IMG/VR virus record: IMGVR_UViG_3300044678_002717
Span: 1 to 64,000 of that record
DNA from: a virus
Length of the DNA: 64,000 nt
Strand: one strand, 5' to 3'
The position numbers and the translations under genes are program-made. The notes under the pieces were generated by a model. It was not told where the DNA came from. It made no database searches and saw only the letters and a program-made list of their open reading frames with translations. Shown piece by piece: positions 10,721 to 21,933 of this stretch (position 1 is its first letter; every line of letters starts with the position of its first letter).

Positions 10721-12517
10721 TTAAGCAATTGTATCTAATAAGAATTCGCTTGGACCTACAGTTGGTAAGCCTTGAACTAATACTTTACCATAGAACCTGT
10801 TATTAACAACTTTCTTCGCATAACGAGTCATGATACCCATTACAGGTTTGAAGTCAGCAGGGTTAATGGTTTTAGGCATAAGCATCAACGGAACATATGG
10901 AGCGTAGATGTAACCTGCGTGGAAGATTGAATCTCCTTTGTGTCCTACAAGAACAACACCTGCCGGAGCATAAGCATCAACATATACTGTGTATCTGTTA
11001 GCTACATTACCAACTTTTTCAATACCTAAAGAGAACTTAGTTTCTTCAGCAGCAGCGTTAGAAGCGTGGAAATATTCAAGGTCATTGAAAAGAGCAGCGA
11101 TTTCAGGAGAACATACAACCCAATTAGCACCACCACGAAGAGTATACTTCATGATACGAGCAGAGATTTGGTTAATCTTGGTAATCAAATCTTGGTTGTA
11201 ATCCTTACGAGTAATACCAAGCGCACCTGTAGAAGTGTTTAATCTTCTGTCATATGCACTATAGTCAAAATATTCAACATGTGAAGCAGATTTACGAAGG
11301 TCACGAAGGATTTCACGGTCAATTTCACCTGATACTACTTCAGAAAGAAGAGCAGTTAATTCAGCCTCAACATCAATTGAGTGGAATGCGTTAACATCTT
11401 GCTGAAGTTCAGGAGTGAAGGTAGCACCTAACATTCTCTTTTCAACAGAAACGTCAATAAAGTCAAAAGTGAAAGTTACTTGAGGAATGTTAGCATCTTC
11501 TTCCATAGAAGAATATGTTCTATAATTACCTGTAAAAGCAACTAGACCTGTGGCAGCAGTAAGCGGAGAGGCGGTGGTATAAAATGCATTTGCATCAACA
11601 CCATAAACACCTATGTTAGATGGAGAATCAAATAAAAGTTCAAGTAAAACATAACTATTACGAGTTGTTACACCTGCTGAAGTAGTTCTACCAACTATTT
11701 GCTGACCATAAACTTGCATTGGCATTCTAAATGGAATAGACTGACCTGCTGTAATTTTATAAGTAGAGCCAAGAGGTGAATCTAAATCTCTATTAGCAGT
11801 AACTTTAAGACCCATTAAGAATGATTCAGTATCAATTGGCGCACCAATTGGACCTTGTAATTTACCTTGGTTAGTAATTGAAAAACCTGTTAATCTAACA
11901 AGAATTCTTTGAGTAATACCTGCTGCACCTGAAATAGCAGAACCTGAAATAATCTGAAGTGCAGTATTAGCGGTAACGATTGTACCTTTAGTTCTATCAA
12001 ACAAACCACCATCATCATCAAGATTACTTCCACTATTGTAGAAAGAATCATAAAGAGATGTAGTTTGGAACTGAGTACCTCCTGTTTTTATGTTAGAAGA
12101 ATTGTAAGCGTTAGCAGCATTACTGTAAACACCATCAAATGGAGTATGAGCAGCACCAACAGAGTTATTAGTTCTAACAGAAATTTTAGGGTTAATGAAA
12201 TACAAACGACCAATTGGCATGTTCATAGCCTGAACTGATACGATTTCATTTGCAAGCAATTTTTGGAAAACACGTCTGATGATTGGAAACGCAACTGTCT
12301 CAAAAGAACCTGAAGATGTAGCATCTGTAGATTCGTTAATGAGATAAGAAGCTTGGTTCTCATACAATTGTGCAATGTTTTCTGCCATGTGACCTTCAAG
12401 GCCATCAAGCAATCCGAATTGATTCCACTTTTCGGTAATCAATTCACGTTGTTCACGAAGTTGCTTATACTCCTGACCAACTTTTCCTGAATTTAGGATT
12501 TCGGTAATTCCGTACAT
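10721..12517 (-). CDS. Major capsid protein (T4 gp23 family)
   Basis: FPIIRRVF, IVSVQAM, TPELQQD..AFHSIDVEAEL, EIDREI, YAPYVPL and GIMTRYA motifs. Confidence 0.95.
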   Translation of the reverse strand: MYGITEILNSGKVGQEYKQLREQRELITEKWNQFGLLDGLEGHMAENIAQLYENQASYLINESTDATSSGSFETVAFPIIRRVFQKLLANEIVSVQAMNMPIGRLYFINPKISVRTNNSVGAAHTPFDGVYSNAANAYNSSNIKTGGTQFQTTSLYDSFYNSGSNLDDDGGLFDRTKGTIVTANTALQIISGSAISGAAGITQRILVRLTGFSITNQGKLQGPIGAPIDTESFLMGLKVTANRDLDSPLGSTYKITAGQSIPFRMPMQVYGQQIVGRTTSAGVTTRNSYVLLELLFDSPSNIGVYGVDANAFYTTASPLTAATGLVAFTGNYRTYSSMEEDANIPQVTFTFDFIDVSVEKRMLGATFTPELQQDVNAFHSIDVEAELTALLSEVVSGEIDREILRDLRKSASHVEYFDYSAYDRRLNTSTGALGITRKDYNQDLITKINQISARIMKYTLRGGANWVVCSPEIAALFNDLEYFHASNAAAEETKFSLGIEKVGNVANRYTVYVDAYAPAGVVLVGHKGDSIFHAGYIYAPYVPLMLMPKTINPADFKPVMGIMTRYAKKVVNNRFYGKVLVQGLPTVGPSEFLLDTIA

Positions 12518-12570
12518 AATTTTTTAAGTTTTTTAATTTAATTTAAATAGTAAGATTTTTTCTGTTTTTA

Positions 12571-14217
12571 TTATTTCTTACCAAAATTATAGTTAAGTAA
12601 TTGTTTAAACCTATTAGATTCATCATTTTCATTGATTAAGTTCTTTTCTCTAACAATTGCATTGTCAGTTCTATGAACTTTACCAACTTTGTTTTGTACT
12701 GATTCATTTAACATTGAACCATCTTTAACTATTTGCCTTTTTGCAAACTCATTTGTTAATGAGATATAGGTTTCTTTAATTTGTTCTTTAGTTTGTGCAT
12801 TTGCAAAACGATAAACAATTTCAGTTTTTTCGTTTTCTCTTAAAGGATTCTCAAGTAAAAACTTATTTACAAATCCTGCCTTTAATGCACTAATTGTTAC
12901 ATCGTATACTTTATTTTCAAGTAATTTAATTTTATTTACAAAACCTTCTTGAAGTTTTGCATTTTGTTTTTCAAGTTCTTTAACTTTTTCGTGAAGAGTA
13001 GACATTTCTTTCATTTGGTATTCACCTTCTTCTAAACCTCTAACTCTTTTAGGCATTGCTTTTTGATTTTGTAAAGAAATTTCAGTTGACATACTCTCTT
13101 CCACTTGGTCTTCATCTTTTTCAGAATAAAGCATTTCATCAATTACAGCATCTTCTTCCATGTATTTTGATTCTTCAACACCATCATCTTCAAGTATTGA
13201 TTCCATTTCCATCAATTCCTCCATTGTCATTTCGCTAAATGCTTCTTCAAGTTCATCAGTATGATAGTTATGTATATCACCTTTAAAATGTCTGTGTTTT
13301 TCTTGAGTACGATAAGCAGCACCTTGTTCACTAGAAGGTACTTCTTCATCTAAATCCATTTCAGAAAGCATTTCGTTAATTTCTTCATCGGTTAATTGAT
13401 AACCTTCTTCAGGTATATCAATTTCATACATGATTTCTTCATCTATTTCTTCATCACCATAATCATCACCACCTTTACGGACATCAGCATATGGTTCATA
13501 TTCTTTTTTAGGTTCATCAAAATATTGTTTTTCACGACTAGTTGGTTTATATTCTTTAGAACCTTTCATTCTCTGTGCAAATTCGTTATCAAATTTTTTT
13601 AATATCGGATTTTCTTCATCTTCAGGATAATTTTCTTCCATATAATCCTCTTCATAGTAATCTTCTTCCATATTATAATCTTCTTTAACAACAAATGAAT
13701 CTGACTCATCCATATTATAATATGCTTCAACTAATTTATTAAAACTAACATCTCTTAAATCTTTAAGAACTTCTTTTTTATTATTTTTCATATTTTTTGT
13801 ATTTCTAAATTTTGATTCTGCTATAACTTTTTCATCAACTTTTACTGACATGAAATCTTTTTCATCACCTTCTTCATCATCGAAGGTAATGTCTTCATCA
13901 TCTTCTTCCTCTTTATCTTCTTCATCACCTTCTTCCTCATCCTCATCATCTTCTTCCTCATCATCTTTAGAAGGTTCTTCTAAATCTTCACCTTCATCAT
14001 CATCTTCTTTTTTATCAGATGGTTTTTCTTCTTTGTCATCAGTTTTTTCTTCTTCAGCACCTTCTGAAATTAATTTTTCAAATAATGCAGCAGATTTTTT
14101 TTCAAGTAAGTCAGCACTTTCATTAATCAATTGCTCTTTGGCAAGTTCCAAAGATTCATTTTTAATATTTTCTAGTTCTTGCAAACTATCTTGTAATAAA
14201 GATTTTTTATTTTCCAT
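12571..14217 (-). CDS. Prohead core/scaffold protein (gp22-like)
   Basis: Very acidic coiled-coil protein between protease and capsid genes. Confidence 0.7.
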   Translation of the reverse strand: MENKKSLLQDSLQELENIKNESLELAKEQLINESADLLEKKSAALFEKLISEGAEEEKTDDKEEKPSDKKEDDDEGEDLEEPSKDDEEEDDEDEEEGDEEDKEEEDDEDITFDDEEGDEKDFMSVKVDEKVIAESKFRNTKNMKNNKKEVLKDLRDVSFNKLVEAYYNMDESDSFVVKEDYNMEEDYYEEDYMEENYPEDEENPILKKFDNEFAQRMKGSKEYKPTSREKQYFDEPKKEYEPYADVRKGGDDYGDEEIDEEIMYEIDIPEEGYQLTDEEINEMLSEMDLDEEVPSSEQGAAYRTQEKHRHFKGDIHNYHTDELEEAFSEMTMEELMEMESILEDDGVEESKYMEEDAVIDEMLYSEKDEDQVEESMSTEISLQNQKAMPKRVRGLEEGEYQMKEMSTLHEKVKELEKQNAKLQEGFVNKIKLLENKVYDVTISALKAGFVNKFLLENPLRENEKTEIVYRFANAQTKEQIKETYISLTNEFAKRQIVKDGSMLNESVQNKVGKVHRTDNAIVREKNLINENDESNRFKQLLNYNFGKK

Positions 14218-14252
14218 TTTATTTTATTATCTATATTTAATTAGTAAAAAAA

Positions 14253-14954
14253 TTAACCACCAATTATTTTTCTTATTGAATCATCATATTTTTTTACATT
14301 ATTGTTTATTTCTTCAACAGATTCTCTTAATGGTTCATCTTTTGTTTCTAAAAATAAATAAGCATTAGGTGTTGATGGTGTAGCAACAAGGTCAAAACAA
14401 ATTAATTCAAAATCATCTTGAACAATATTTTTTCCACCTACTTTTTTAACACTACCTAATCCTCTTGAAGAAATACCAAGTTTAAGATTTCTTTGTAAAT
14501 ACAATGCAATTTTATCACCGATTGTCCAACCAAGACCTTCTCTTAAAAATGAATCACTAACGATAATATCAAGAGTTCCATAAACTGCATTACCTGACCA
14601 CCAAGTTTTTGCAATTCTATGTGATATATTTTGTAAAGAAATTGTAACTGATTCGGGATGGTCTGCTTCATTAAGTGCTGCATTGTCGTTAATTAATTTT
14701 TGATATTCTTCTATTTGTCTTTCAAGAATTAGTCTTGGATAAACTCTACCGTTTCTATTTAAAACATCAGCCTCTTGAAGTTTACAATCAATATAGAAAT
14801 GACCATCAAAATCATCTTTTTTTGCTCTGATATTTAAATCTTCAAAAACTTTTTTATTATGGATTGTTAAATCATTACTAATGATACCTGCATCAGTTTC
14901 TACTAATAAACCATATCCTTCCTGCCCTTCTTTTAGTAGTTGTATATTAGTCAT
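14253..14954 (-). CDS. Prohead maturation protease (T4 gp21 family)
   Basis: NRNGRVYP, EADHP, GISSRGLGS and FDLVATPS motifs. Confidence 0.93.
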   Translation of the reverse strand: MTNIQLLKEGQEGYGLLVETDAGIISNDLTIHNKKVFEDLNIRAKKDDFDGHFYIDCKLQEADVLNRNGRVYPRLILERQIEEYQKLINDNAALNEADHPESVTISLQNISHRIAKTWWSGNAVYGTLDIIVSDSFLREGLGWTIGDKIALYLQRNLKLGISSRGLGSVKKVGGKNIVQDDFELICFDLVATPSTPNAYLFLETKDEPLRESVEEINNNVKKYDDSIRKIIGG

Positions 14955-15718
14955 TAATTATTTGAATTTAAATTTTTGATTTCAAAAAGTTTTGAAAAAT
15001 TATTTATAGCTGTTTCAGAATTGTATTCTAAAGTATCAATAAAATTAAATGTTTCAGTTAGAACTTCTGAACTAATATTATCTTTTTCTTTTAATAAAAA
15101 ATTTTTTGTTGATTTTTTATAATTTTCAAAAATAACTTTCTTATTTTTTTCATCACCTTTTATAAAAGTTGAAATTATTTCCATTTCATCTTGCTCAAGA
15201 TTTGAAAACTTTTCCTCTAATTTCTTTTTTGCTAAATTAAAAACATGACTAATTTTAAAATTATTATCAGATTTTTTTAATTGAGTTTCATCTTTTTTAG
15301 TTAAAGACTCAATTAAAAAATTTACTGATTCATGTAATTTATTAACATTAGTGATTTTTTTAAATACACTTTCGTTAATAACATTTTCAATATTTTTATT
15401 TAAATTAATTTTATCTTCTGATAATTCTATTTCTTTTAAATCAAACTTTTTAAGTTTTTTATTTTCTTTTAGTAAAACATCTTTGTCAATTTTGGATAAA
15501 GCTGAAATATTAGCTTCAATAAATCTTAATGATTCGTTATAATCTAAATTATGTTTTTTTAAATTCTCATAAATTGTGTATTCTAACATTAGAACAGGAG
15601 ATGATTTAATTGTTTTTAAAAACTCTTCATATAGTTTTTTATACTTGCTAGTATTTTCAATTAAATCTTGAGAATAAGCTTTATTTAATTTTGACTTGAC
15701 ATTACCAAAATTTACCAT
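14954..15718 (-). CDS. Hypothetical head-associated protein
   Basis: 254 aa between portal and protease; late motif at 15735-15744. Confidence 0.55.
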   Translation of the reverse strand: MVNFGNVKSKLNKAYSQDLIENTSKYKKLYEEFLKTIKSSPVLMLEYTIYENLKKHNLDYNESLRFIEANISALSKIDKDVLLKENKKLKKFDLKEIELSEDKINLNKNIENVINESVFKKITNVNKLHESVNFLIESLTKKDETQLKKSDNNFKISHVFNLAKKKLEEKFSNLEQDEMEIISTFIKGDEKNKKVIFENYKKSTKNFLLKEKDNISSEVLTETFNFIDTLEYNSETAINNFSKLFEIKNLNSNN

Positions 15719-15752
15719 TTTTTTTAGTGTTTAATATAAATAGTAAAAATTA

Positions 15753-17558
15753 TTATTCTTTTATTAAAGTAGTTAATTCATTGGTCTTTTTAAATATTTC
15801 TTCACTTAAAAATCCTGCACCGCCACTTGCACCGCCACTTGCACCGCCACCTGCACCGCCACCTGCTTCAGGTCCACCGCCCATAGGAGGTGCGCCACCA
15901 CCCATTTCAGGCCCACCACCCATTGGAGGACCACCTAAAGGACCACCAAGACTATTATCAATTTGTTGTTGTTCACCACCTTGAGGTTGTGTTTCAACAT
16001 TAAATCCTGCATTTTTATACTTAATCATCTTATCCATTAGACCTGAAGATTTAAGTAACATACCTGCTCCTTTAACTTCTTCACCAATCTTAGATTCAAG
16101 CATTTGTTCTTGTAAGTCATTAATAATATCTTCTTCAGACATATGGAAGAATTTCTTTCTTGCCATCATTTCTGACATTGGTTTTAATCCTGTATTTTGA
16201 TTTGGTGTTGTAGCAGCCTGATATACTTCTAATTTAGATTTCCAAATTTCAAGTTGCAACAAATCTGATGCTGTTGATGGATTATTAAGTGATAATTTAA
16301 AATCATCAATATATGATTCATAATCACCACCAAGTAAACCTAAATGAATAATTGCAATTTTATTAAGTTCAGCAATCAATGCTTGTTGGATACGATTTAC
16401 TTTTCTTGCAAAACGAATATCAAGCATTGATAAGTTTTTACCTTCTCCTGATGCTTGGTCAGAAGAAAATCCAAGTAATGTTTTATGAATACCTAATCCT
16501 GTAAATAAATTATCACGAAGATAATTAATATCAGAAATTGCTTCAAGATTAGCTGCTCCCGGAAGTGTATCAACAAATTGTCCTGATGTATTACCTCTAT
16601 CAGCAATAAATATATCTTCATCCATTGATGCAATATTATATTTAAAGTTAATATCACCTGTTTTAGGGTCAACTAATTTCTTTTTCTTTACATTATTAGC
16701 AAATGCTTCAAGAATTTGTGGTACATCTTCAGGTGGAACATTACCAACAGGAACTTTATAAATTCTTCTTTCTGCTGCTCTTGTGATACGATAGACCATC
16801 ATCGCATCTTCCATCATAAAGAGTTGTTTATATGTTCTTCTTACTTTTTCATACACACTACAACCATATGGAAGTCTATCACCTACACCTAGCAATCTAA
16901 AATGAGCAATTTGATAATCCATATATTCTTCTTCACCACCTGAATTTGGGTCTTTATATTTGAAGAATGCTCTGAATCTATTTTTAGTATCATACTTTTC
17001 ATTTCTTTCAACAAACTGTGATGCAAGTTGTCTAAAATCTACAATACCATTTTCTTTTGATAATTCAAGAAATACAAAGTTATCACCAAATTGACACATA
17101 TTTCTACACCATTGAAATAAATGTGTATTAACATCCATAACTTTATAAAAAAATCTTTCAAGTTCTTTTTTAACCTTATCAGAAGAACAATAAATATTTA
17201 GAATTTGTCCATTATCACTTTTAGTTGTAGTTGCTTCTTCAGACAATAAATCTAAAGCTGCTCCTAAAATTGGATAACCATCCATTGATAGATAATCATA
17301 GTAGAGCATCATTCTACTAGATTCATACATCAACTTGCGTTGGTCATTACCTTTATCAATTTTAGTGCTTTGGGTTCTATAAAACTTTATAGCACCATCT
17401 TCTACTGCTGTTTTAATAGCATCATCTTGCGAGGCTGCTGTAATAAATTCTTTTTCTATTGGTGCTTCAAGTCTACCTTGTGTACTATCTAAAGCATCAG
17501 TTGCTCTTCTAAAGAAAGTATTAATATTTGAAAATAGACCTTTATTATCTTCTGCCAT
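15753..17558 (-). CDS. Portal protein (T4 gp20 family)
   Basis: MEDAMMVYRITRAAERRIY, VGNVP and VDTLPGA motifs; Gly/Pro-rich C-terminal tail. Confidence 0.92.
   Translation of the reverse strand: MAEDNKGLFSNINTFFRRATDALDSTQGRLEAPIEKEFITAASQDDAIKTAVEDGAIKFYRTQSTKIDKGNDQRKLMYESSRMMLYYDYLSMDGYPILGAALDLLSEEATTTKSDNGQILNIYCSSDKVKKELERFFYKVMDVNTHLFQWCRNMCQFGDNFVFLELSKENGIVDFRQLASQFVERNEKYDTKNRFRAFFKYKDPNSGGEEEYMDYQIAHFRLLGVGDRLPYGCSVYEKVRRTYKQLFMMEDAMMVYRITRAAERRIYKVPVGNVPPEDVPQILEAFANNVKKKKLVDPKTGDINFKYNIASMDEDIFIADRGNTSGQFVDTLPGAANLEAISDINYLRDNLFTGLGIHKTLLGFSSDQASGEGKNLSMLDIRFARKVNRIQQALIAELNKIAIIHLGLLGGDYESYIDDFKLSLNNPSTASDLLQLEIWKSKLEVYQAATTPNQNTGLKPMSEMMARKKFFHMSEEDIINDLQEQMLESKIGEEVKGAGMLLKSSGLMDKMIKYKNAGFNVETQPQGGEQQQIDNSLGGPLGGPPMGGGPEMGGGAPPMGGGPEAGGGAGGGASGGASGGAGFLSEEIFKKTNELTTLIKE
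15817..15864. repeat. Four 12-bp tandem units (GCACCGCCACYT) encoding the Gly-rich portal tail
   Basis: Visible directly in the sequence. Confidence 0.8.
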
Positions 17559-17598
17559 AATTAATAAAATACGTTTTTCTTAAATAGATACAAATATT

Positions 17599-19377
17599 TT
17601 ATCTGACAAATATGTAAGGATTATTATTTATCTTTGGTGTTTGACGTTCAGGTATTTCAATACTATTACCATTTGTATACCAATCCTTTCCTTTTAGCAT
17701 ATCGTTCTTTCTTTCATAATTTGCGTCTTGACCATCTTGACTTAACATCTTCTTTTGGAATTCAGTATTTGCATCAGTAAATTCATCACCCTTTCTAATT
17801 ATTGCTGATTTTGCATAATTTAAATAAATATTAAATTCATTTCCAATAGTTTTTGAAAACATATAAACTGCAAACAACATACCTGTTGCAATCAATAAGT
17901 CATCATGCGCTGAACGCATATGGTCATATCTATTTGTACTATCATTAAATACAAATGTTTTAATTTCACTCAGTAATCTAATTGAATGAATTAATGCTTC
18001 ACCTTCTCTTAATCTTCTTTCAAATTCTCTAATTACATAATCACGAATTGCACCGCTTTTCATTGTAAATCCCGGTTGTAATTCACCTCTTTGTAAATTC
18101 TTTAACTGAATTTTTACATCATTTTGTCTTGGTCTATCGTAATGTATTTTTTTATATTTTTTATTAACCAAATATCTAATAACTGATATACCCCAACCTC
18201 CTGTAACATCAATAATTACATAAGCATTATTATATTTTTCTCCATATTGCAAACATAATTCACCCATTACTTCAAGCGGAACTCTTGATTGATATTCAGC
18301 TACTTGAACAAGTAACATATTTGCCATATCATTTTTAAATATTTGAATAGTAGAATAGTCACCATCACCACTACCTTTTGCAACGTCACAAGCTAAATAA
18401 TAATCATAACCAAATATTGGGTCTTCCCATATCCAAAAATGATTATCATATTCAGTTCTAATTGGTTCTTTACAAGTTTTTTCAATCCTCATAATGGTTT
18501 CCTCATCAACAAGGTTACCACCTGAACCTAAGAACTTATTTTCTAACTCTTGTGCAATCTTTCTTGGGTCATTATTGAATGTTTGACACATATCTCTAAA
18601 CCAAGAAGATGATGGTCTATAACCACCAACTCTTAATTGCATATATTTTTCAGGGTCTTTTTCCTCAATAAATTCATCACCTCTAATCCAAATTAAATCT
18701 TCATTATAACGAGGGTCTTCAAACCAATTGATTTCAACAACTTTAAAGTTATTTTTTCCTGTTCTTGCACCTTCATAACGAGCATAATATGTTGGGTCAA
18801 GACCTCTTGGTGTTGAGTTTAATATAATCTGACCACCTGCTGACATTGTACCTGATGCAGAAGACATAAATTCTTCACCTTCTTCAAGGAAGGCTGCTTC
18901 ATCAATAAAAAGTATATCAGGTGTAAAACCACGAAGACCATCAGCAGATGCTGCGAAAGCTTGTAGTGTAGCACCATTATTATAAATCTTAATTTCTTTT
19001 GTATCTGAATCGGTTGGTATTCTATTAAATATCTCTCTTGGTAAATTATTAATGATTGATGCTATTTGATAGAAGATACTTTCCTTTGCAAGTTTTAATT
19101 TGTTAGCTGCAACACCTACTTTAATATCTTTTCTAAAAACTAATGAATGTGCCAAATATAAACAAGTCACAGTTGTAATACCACCCTGACGATATTTTGC
19201 AACTAAAACTCTATTACTTGATTTATAAGTTTCTAATACTTGTATTTGTTGTGGTAATAATTGAAATGCCACAAACTGTTGTTTTTTCTTATCCCAAACT
19301 TTACAATATTTTTTTGCAAAGTACTCTATATCAATAGCGCACTTGGCATACTCCATCATCAATTCATTTTTGGTCAT
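17599..19377 (-). CDS. Terminase large subunit (T4 gp17 family)
   Basis: KYRQGGITT, ILFIDEAAF, STPRG, DVAKGSGDGDYS and HDDL motifs. Confidence 0.93.
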   Translation of the reverse strand: MTKNELMMEYAKCAIDIEYFAKKYCKVWDKKKQQFVAFQLLPQQIQVLETYKSSNRVLVAKYRQGGITTVTCLYLAHSLVFRKDIKVGVAANKLKLAKESIFYQIASIINNLPREIFNRIPTDSDTKEIKIYNNGATLQAFAASADGLRGFTPDILFIDEAAFLEEGEEFMSSASGTMSAGGQIILNSTPRGLDPTYYARYEGARTGKNNFKVVEINWFEDPRYNEDLIWIRGDEFIEEKDPEKYMQLRVGGYRPSSSWFRDMCQTFNNDPRKIAQELENKFLGSGGNLVDEETIMRIEKTCKEPIRTEYDNHFWIWEDPIFGYDYYLACDVAKGSGDGDYSTIQIFKNDMANMLLVQVAEYQSRVPLEVMGELCLQYGEKYNNAYVIIDVTGGWGISVIRYLVNKKYKKIHYDRPRQNDVKIQLKNLQRGELQPGFTMKSGAIRDYVIREFERRLREGEALIHSIRLLSEIKTFVFNDSTNRYDHMRSAHDDLLIATGMLFAVYMFSKTIGNEFNIYLNYAKSAIIRKGDEFTDANTEFQKKMLSQDGQDANYERKNDMLKGKDWYTNGNSIEIPERQTPKINNNPYIFVR

Positions 19378-19392
19378 GGGATTTTATTTTAA

Positions 19393-19830
19393 TTAGTCTT
19401 CAAACTTAATATCATTGTTTATCAATACTTCACGAACATCATAATATGAATCGCCATATCTAAAAACAACAAGATTTTTGTTTAATGAAGACATTTTTCT
19501 ATAATCCTCAACATACTCCCATGCTAACGCTACAACACCAAATACAGCATCAAGCATTCTAAATTCCCCTGAATCAACAATACAATCAAATTCAATTGAA
19601 TCTGATGTAACTTCCATTACTTTTTTAATGAATCCTTTTCTTGGTGGATAAACACCTAAATCACATATATCTTCCCATTGAGGACCAATACAATCATCAG
19701 GATTATTTGAAAATATAAATTCTAATTTTTGTGAACCATTATGCGTTTCACCAACAGGATTTACATAAACTAATTTTAAATTCTCTTCTTGAACCTTAAT
19801 AGGTTCGATATTGATATATTCTTTTTCCAT
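19393..19830 (-). CDS. Hypothetical protein
   Basis: 145-aa ORF in operon. Confidence 0.55.
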   Translation of the reverse strand: MEKEYINIEPIKVQEENLKLVYVNPVGETHNGSQKLEFIFSNNPDDCIGPQWEDICDLGVYPPRKGFIKKVMEVTSDSIEFDCIVDSGEFRMLDAVFGVVALAWEYVEDYRKMSSLNKNLVVFRYGDSYYDVREVLINNDIKFED

Positions 19831-19846
19831 AAATAAATAATAAAAA

Positions 19847-20257
19847 TTATTTCTTTTCTAGAAATCTAGTAAAGAAATCATCTAACTTCTTAGTGTGTTC
19901 ATTTAAGTTTTGAAGTGTTGCTTCTAACTTAGTAATAGCTTCCGTATTTTTTTGAATCATTAATTGAAACTTATCATTATTTTCTTTTTCAGTATCAAAT
20001 AATTCATCAATTAACTTATTCATTTTACTATCAGAATTTTCCAATATTGCTATTCTTGTTTTAATTTCTGATATATCATTACTTATTTTATCAAAAGTTT
20101 CATTTTGAGATTTTTTATTCTCTTCTAAACTATTGATTTTATTTTGCAAAACAGGAATTACAAATACATATGTTAATATAGTACCAATTATTGCAGACAA
20201 AGCTGCAAAAATAATCTGAGTACCCGATGGCATTATTTGTAATAACAACGCTAACAT
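19847..20257 (-). CDS. Membrane-anchored coiled-coil protein (possible holin-like)
   Basis: N-terminal TM helix then heptad pattern. Confidence 0.4.
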   Translation of the reverse strand: MLALLLQIMPSGTQIIFAALSAIIGTILTYVFVIPVLQNKINSLEENKKSQNETFDKISNDISEIKTRIAILENSDSKMNKLIDELFDTEKENNDKFQLMIQKNTEAITKLEATLQNLNEHTKKLDDFFTRFLEKK

Positions 20258-20258
20258 A

Positions 20259-21335
20259 TTATTTTAATTTTCTTTTAATACTTTCAATCAAAATACTTCT
20301 TTTTCTTTTTTCAATTTCTTGCTGTAGTTGCTCTTTTAACAATTTTTTAGATTCTAATTTTAATTGTCTTAAAAGATTTTCATCCAATTTTTCAGTAGAT
20401 GGTTCTTCAGCAGGTACTTCTTCAGCAGGTACTTCTTTTTCGGTATCATTACTACTAACTTGTGAACCTTCTAACCTATCTTTAATTTCTTTAATATCAT
20501 CACTATCAAGTTTCTTTAAAGCATCACCCCAATAACCTAAAAGTGAATTAATAGTTGTTTTAATAAAACTACTATCATATTTAGTTTCATCCTTTTTAAG
20601 GTCAGTAATAAGTTCTTGGGTCTCACCAAGTTTACTTTGAATCTCATCATTTAAATCTTTTTCTTCTCCACCTTCAGGTGCAGCAGGTTCTTGACCACTC
20701 ATATCAGCAGCAGGTTCTTGACCACTTTCAGGTGTATCACCAATAGCAGGTAAAATTTCACCTGCAATATCTTTTGGTGTTTCTGCCCCTGTTTTAGTTG
20801 TATCAACATCACCACCCATTTCAGGAGCAGGTGTTTCAGCAGATGGCATTTCTTCACCACCCATATTATCAGCAGGTGCTTCAGGAGCAGGTTCTTCTTT
20901 GCTTTGTTTATCTAAATCACCCAAAAGTTTTTCCTCTGTATCACTTATTTTTTCTTCCAATTCTTCTTCTGATTCATTTAATAATCTTAATTTATGAGCA
21001 TTATTTTGTGCTTCACAAATAAAAGACATTTTATTTACAGCCCTATCAAAGGAATTAAATTTTTCAATACCAAAAGTAGCATTTAATCCATCTAAATGTT
21101 TAAAATCAGTTGGGTTTGTACTTCCATTTTTAGTAGTATATTTTAGATAATAGGTTTTATTTTCATGAATAATACCAAATGTTTTACCATCTAAAGTCTT
21201 TTGTGTTTTTAATAGAGAAGGTTTTAATTGAACCTTTTTATCGGCATCAATAGCTAACCTTTTAAAGTTTTCAGCAATCTGTTCTTTAGTTGCTTTTTCT
21301 CTACTAATTCTACTTGCGTCTGCTCTTTTAATCAT
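20259..21335 (-). CDS. Hypothetical head-associated protein with acidic Pro/Glu linker
   Basis: 358 aa; EPAA and EVPAE repeats; LxE motifs. Confidence 0.55.
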   Translation of the reverse strand: MIKRADASRISREKATKEQIAENFKRLAIDADKKVQLKPSLLKTQKTLDGKTFGIIHENKTYYLKYTTKNGSTNPTDFKHLDGLNATFGIEKFNSFDRAVNKMSFICEAQNNAHKLRLLNESEEELEEKISDTEEKLLGDLDKQSKEEPAPEAPADNMGGEEMPSAETPAPEMGGDVDTTKTGAETPKDIAGEILPAIGDTPESGQEPAADMSGQEPAAPEGGEEKDLNDEIQSKLGETQELITDLKKDETKYDSSFIKTTINSLLGYWGDALKKLDSDDIKEIKDRLEGSQVSSNDTEKEVPAEEVPAEEPSTEKLDENLLRQLKLESKKLLKEQLQQEIEKRKRSILIESIKRKLK

Positions 21336-21363
21336 TTTATTATAAATTTTATTTTTTTATTTA

Positions 21364-21915
21364 TTAATATCTTCTTCTTTTACTTTCAGCTAAAGTACCA
21401 TCCATACTAGCTATTTCGCTGTTCATAGCTTCATCCCTACTCATACCACCTTTCAATTTTTTAAGTACATTATAATGAAACGCATCAATAAGCCCTTGTT
21501 TTGATGTTTTGTATTTCATCATCATTTTATCAAAGAATTTTTTACTATCAAGTTCATCTACAATACCATCAGCTATTGCCCTAACATTTCCACCTTTAGC
21601 AAAAATATTTGTAATTCCTTTCCAAATTTGTTTACTACCGGGTGCATTACCTTGAAAATCAGCACCTTGTCCAGCAGCACTATAACTACTTTCTTGTTTT
21701 AACCCTCTTTTATAGTTAATTTCTTTTTTCAACATTTCATTTTCTCTTTGAAGAGATTTAAGTTTTTCTTCAAGCATTTTGTGTTTTGTTTGTTTAAACA
21801 CTTCATTGAAATCAACTTCTTTAAATGATTCTTTTCTATATCCTTCTTTAATCAATTCTCTTTTTGCTTGAATAAAATTTTCAAAAACTAAATTGTATAG
21901 TTGTTTATTAGTCAT
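21364..21915 (-). CDS. Hypothetical protein
   Basis: 183-aa ORF. Confidence 0.55.
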   Translation of the reverse strand: MTNKQLYNLVFENFIQAKRELIKEGYRKESFKEVDFNEVFKQTKHKMLEEKLKSLQRENEMLKKEINYKRGLKQESSYSAAGQGADFQGNAPGSKQIWKGITNIFAKGGNVRAIADGIVDELDSKKFFDKMMMKYKTSKQGLIDAFHYNVLKKLKGGMSRDEAMNSEIASMDGTLAESKRRRY

Positions 21916-21933
21916 ATCAATATTTTTTTATAA

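Noticed and set aside
13850-15984. Ser-rich (13850-14368) and Pro-rich (15727-15984) plus-strand ORFs
   Set aside because: Mirror images of the acidic scaffold and Gly-rich portal tail on the minus strand.
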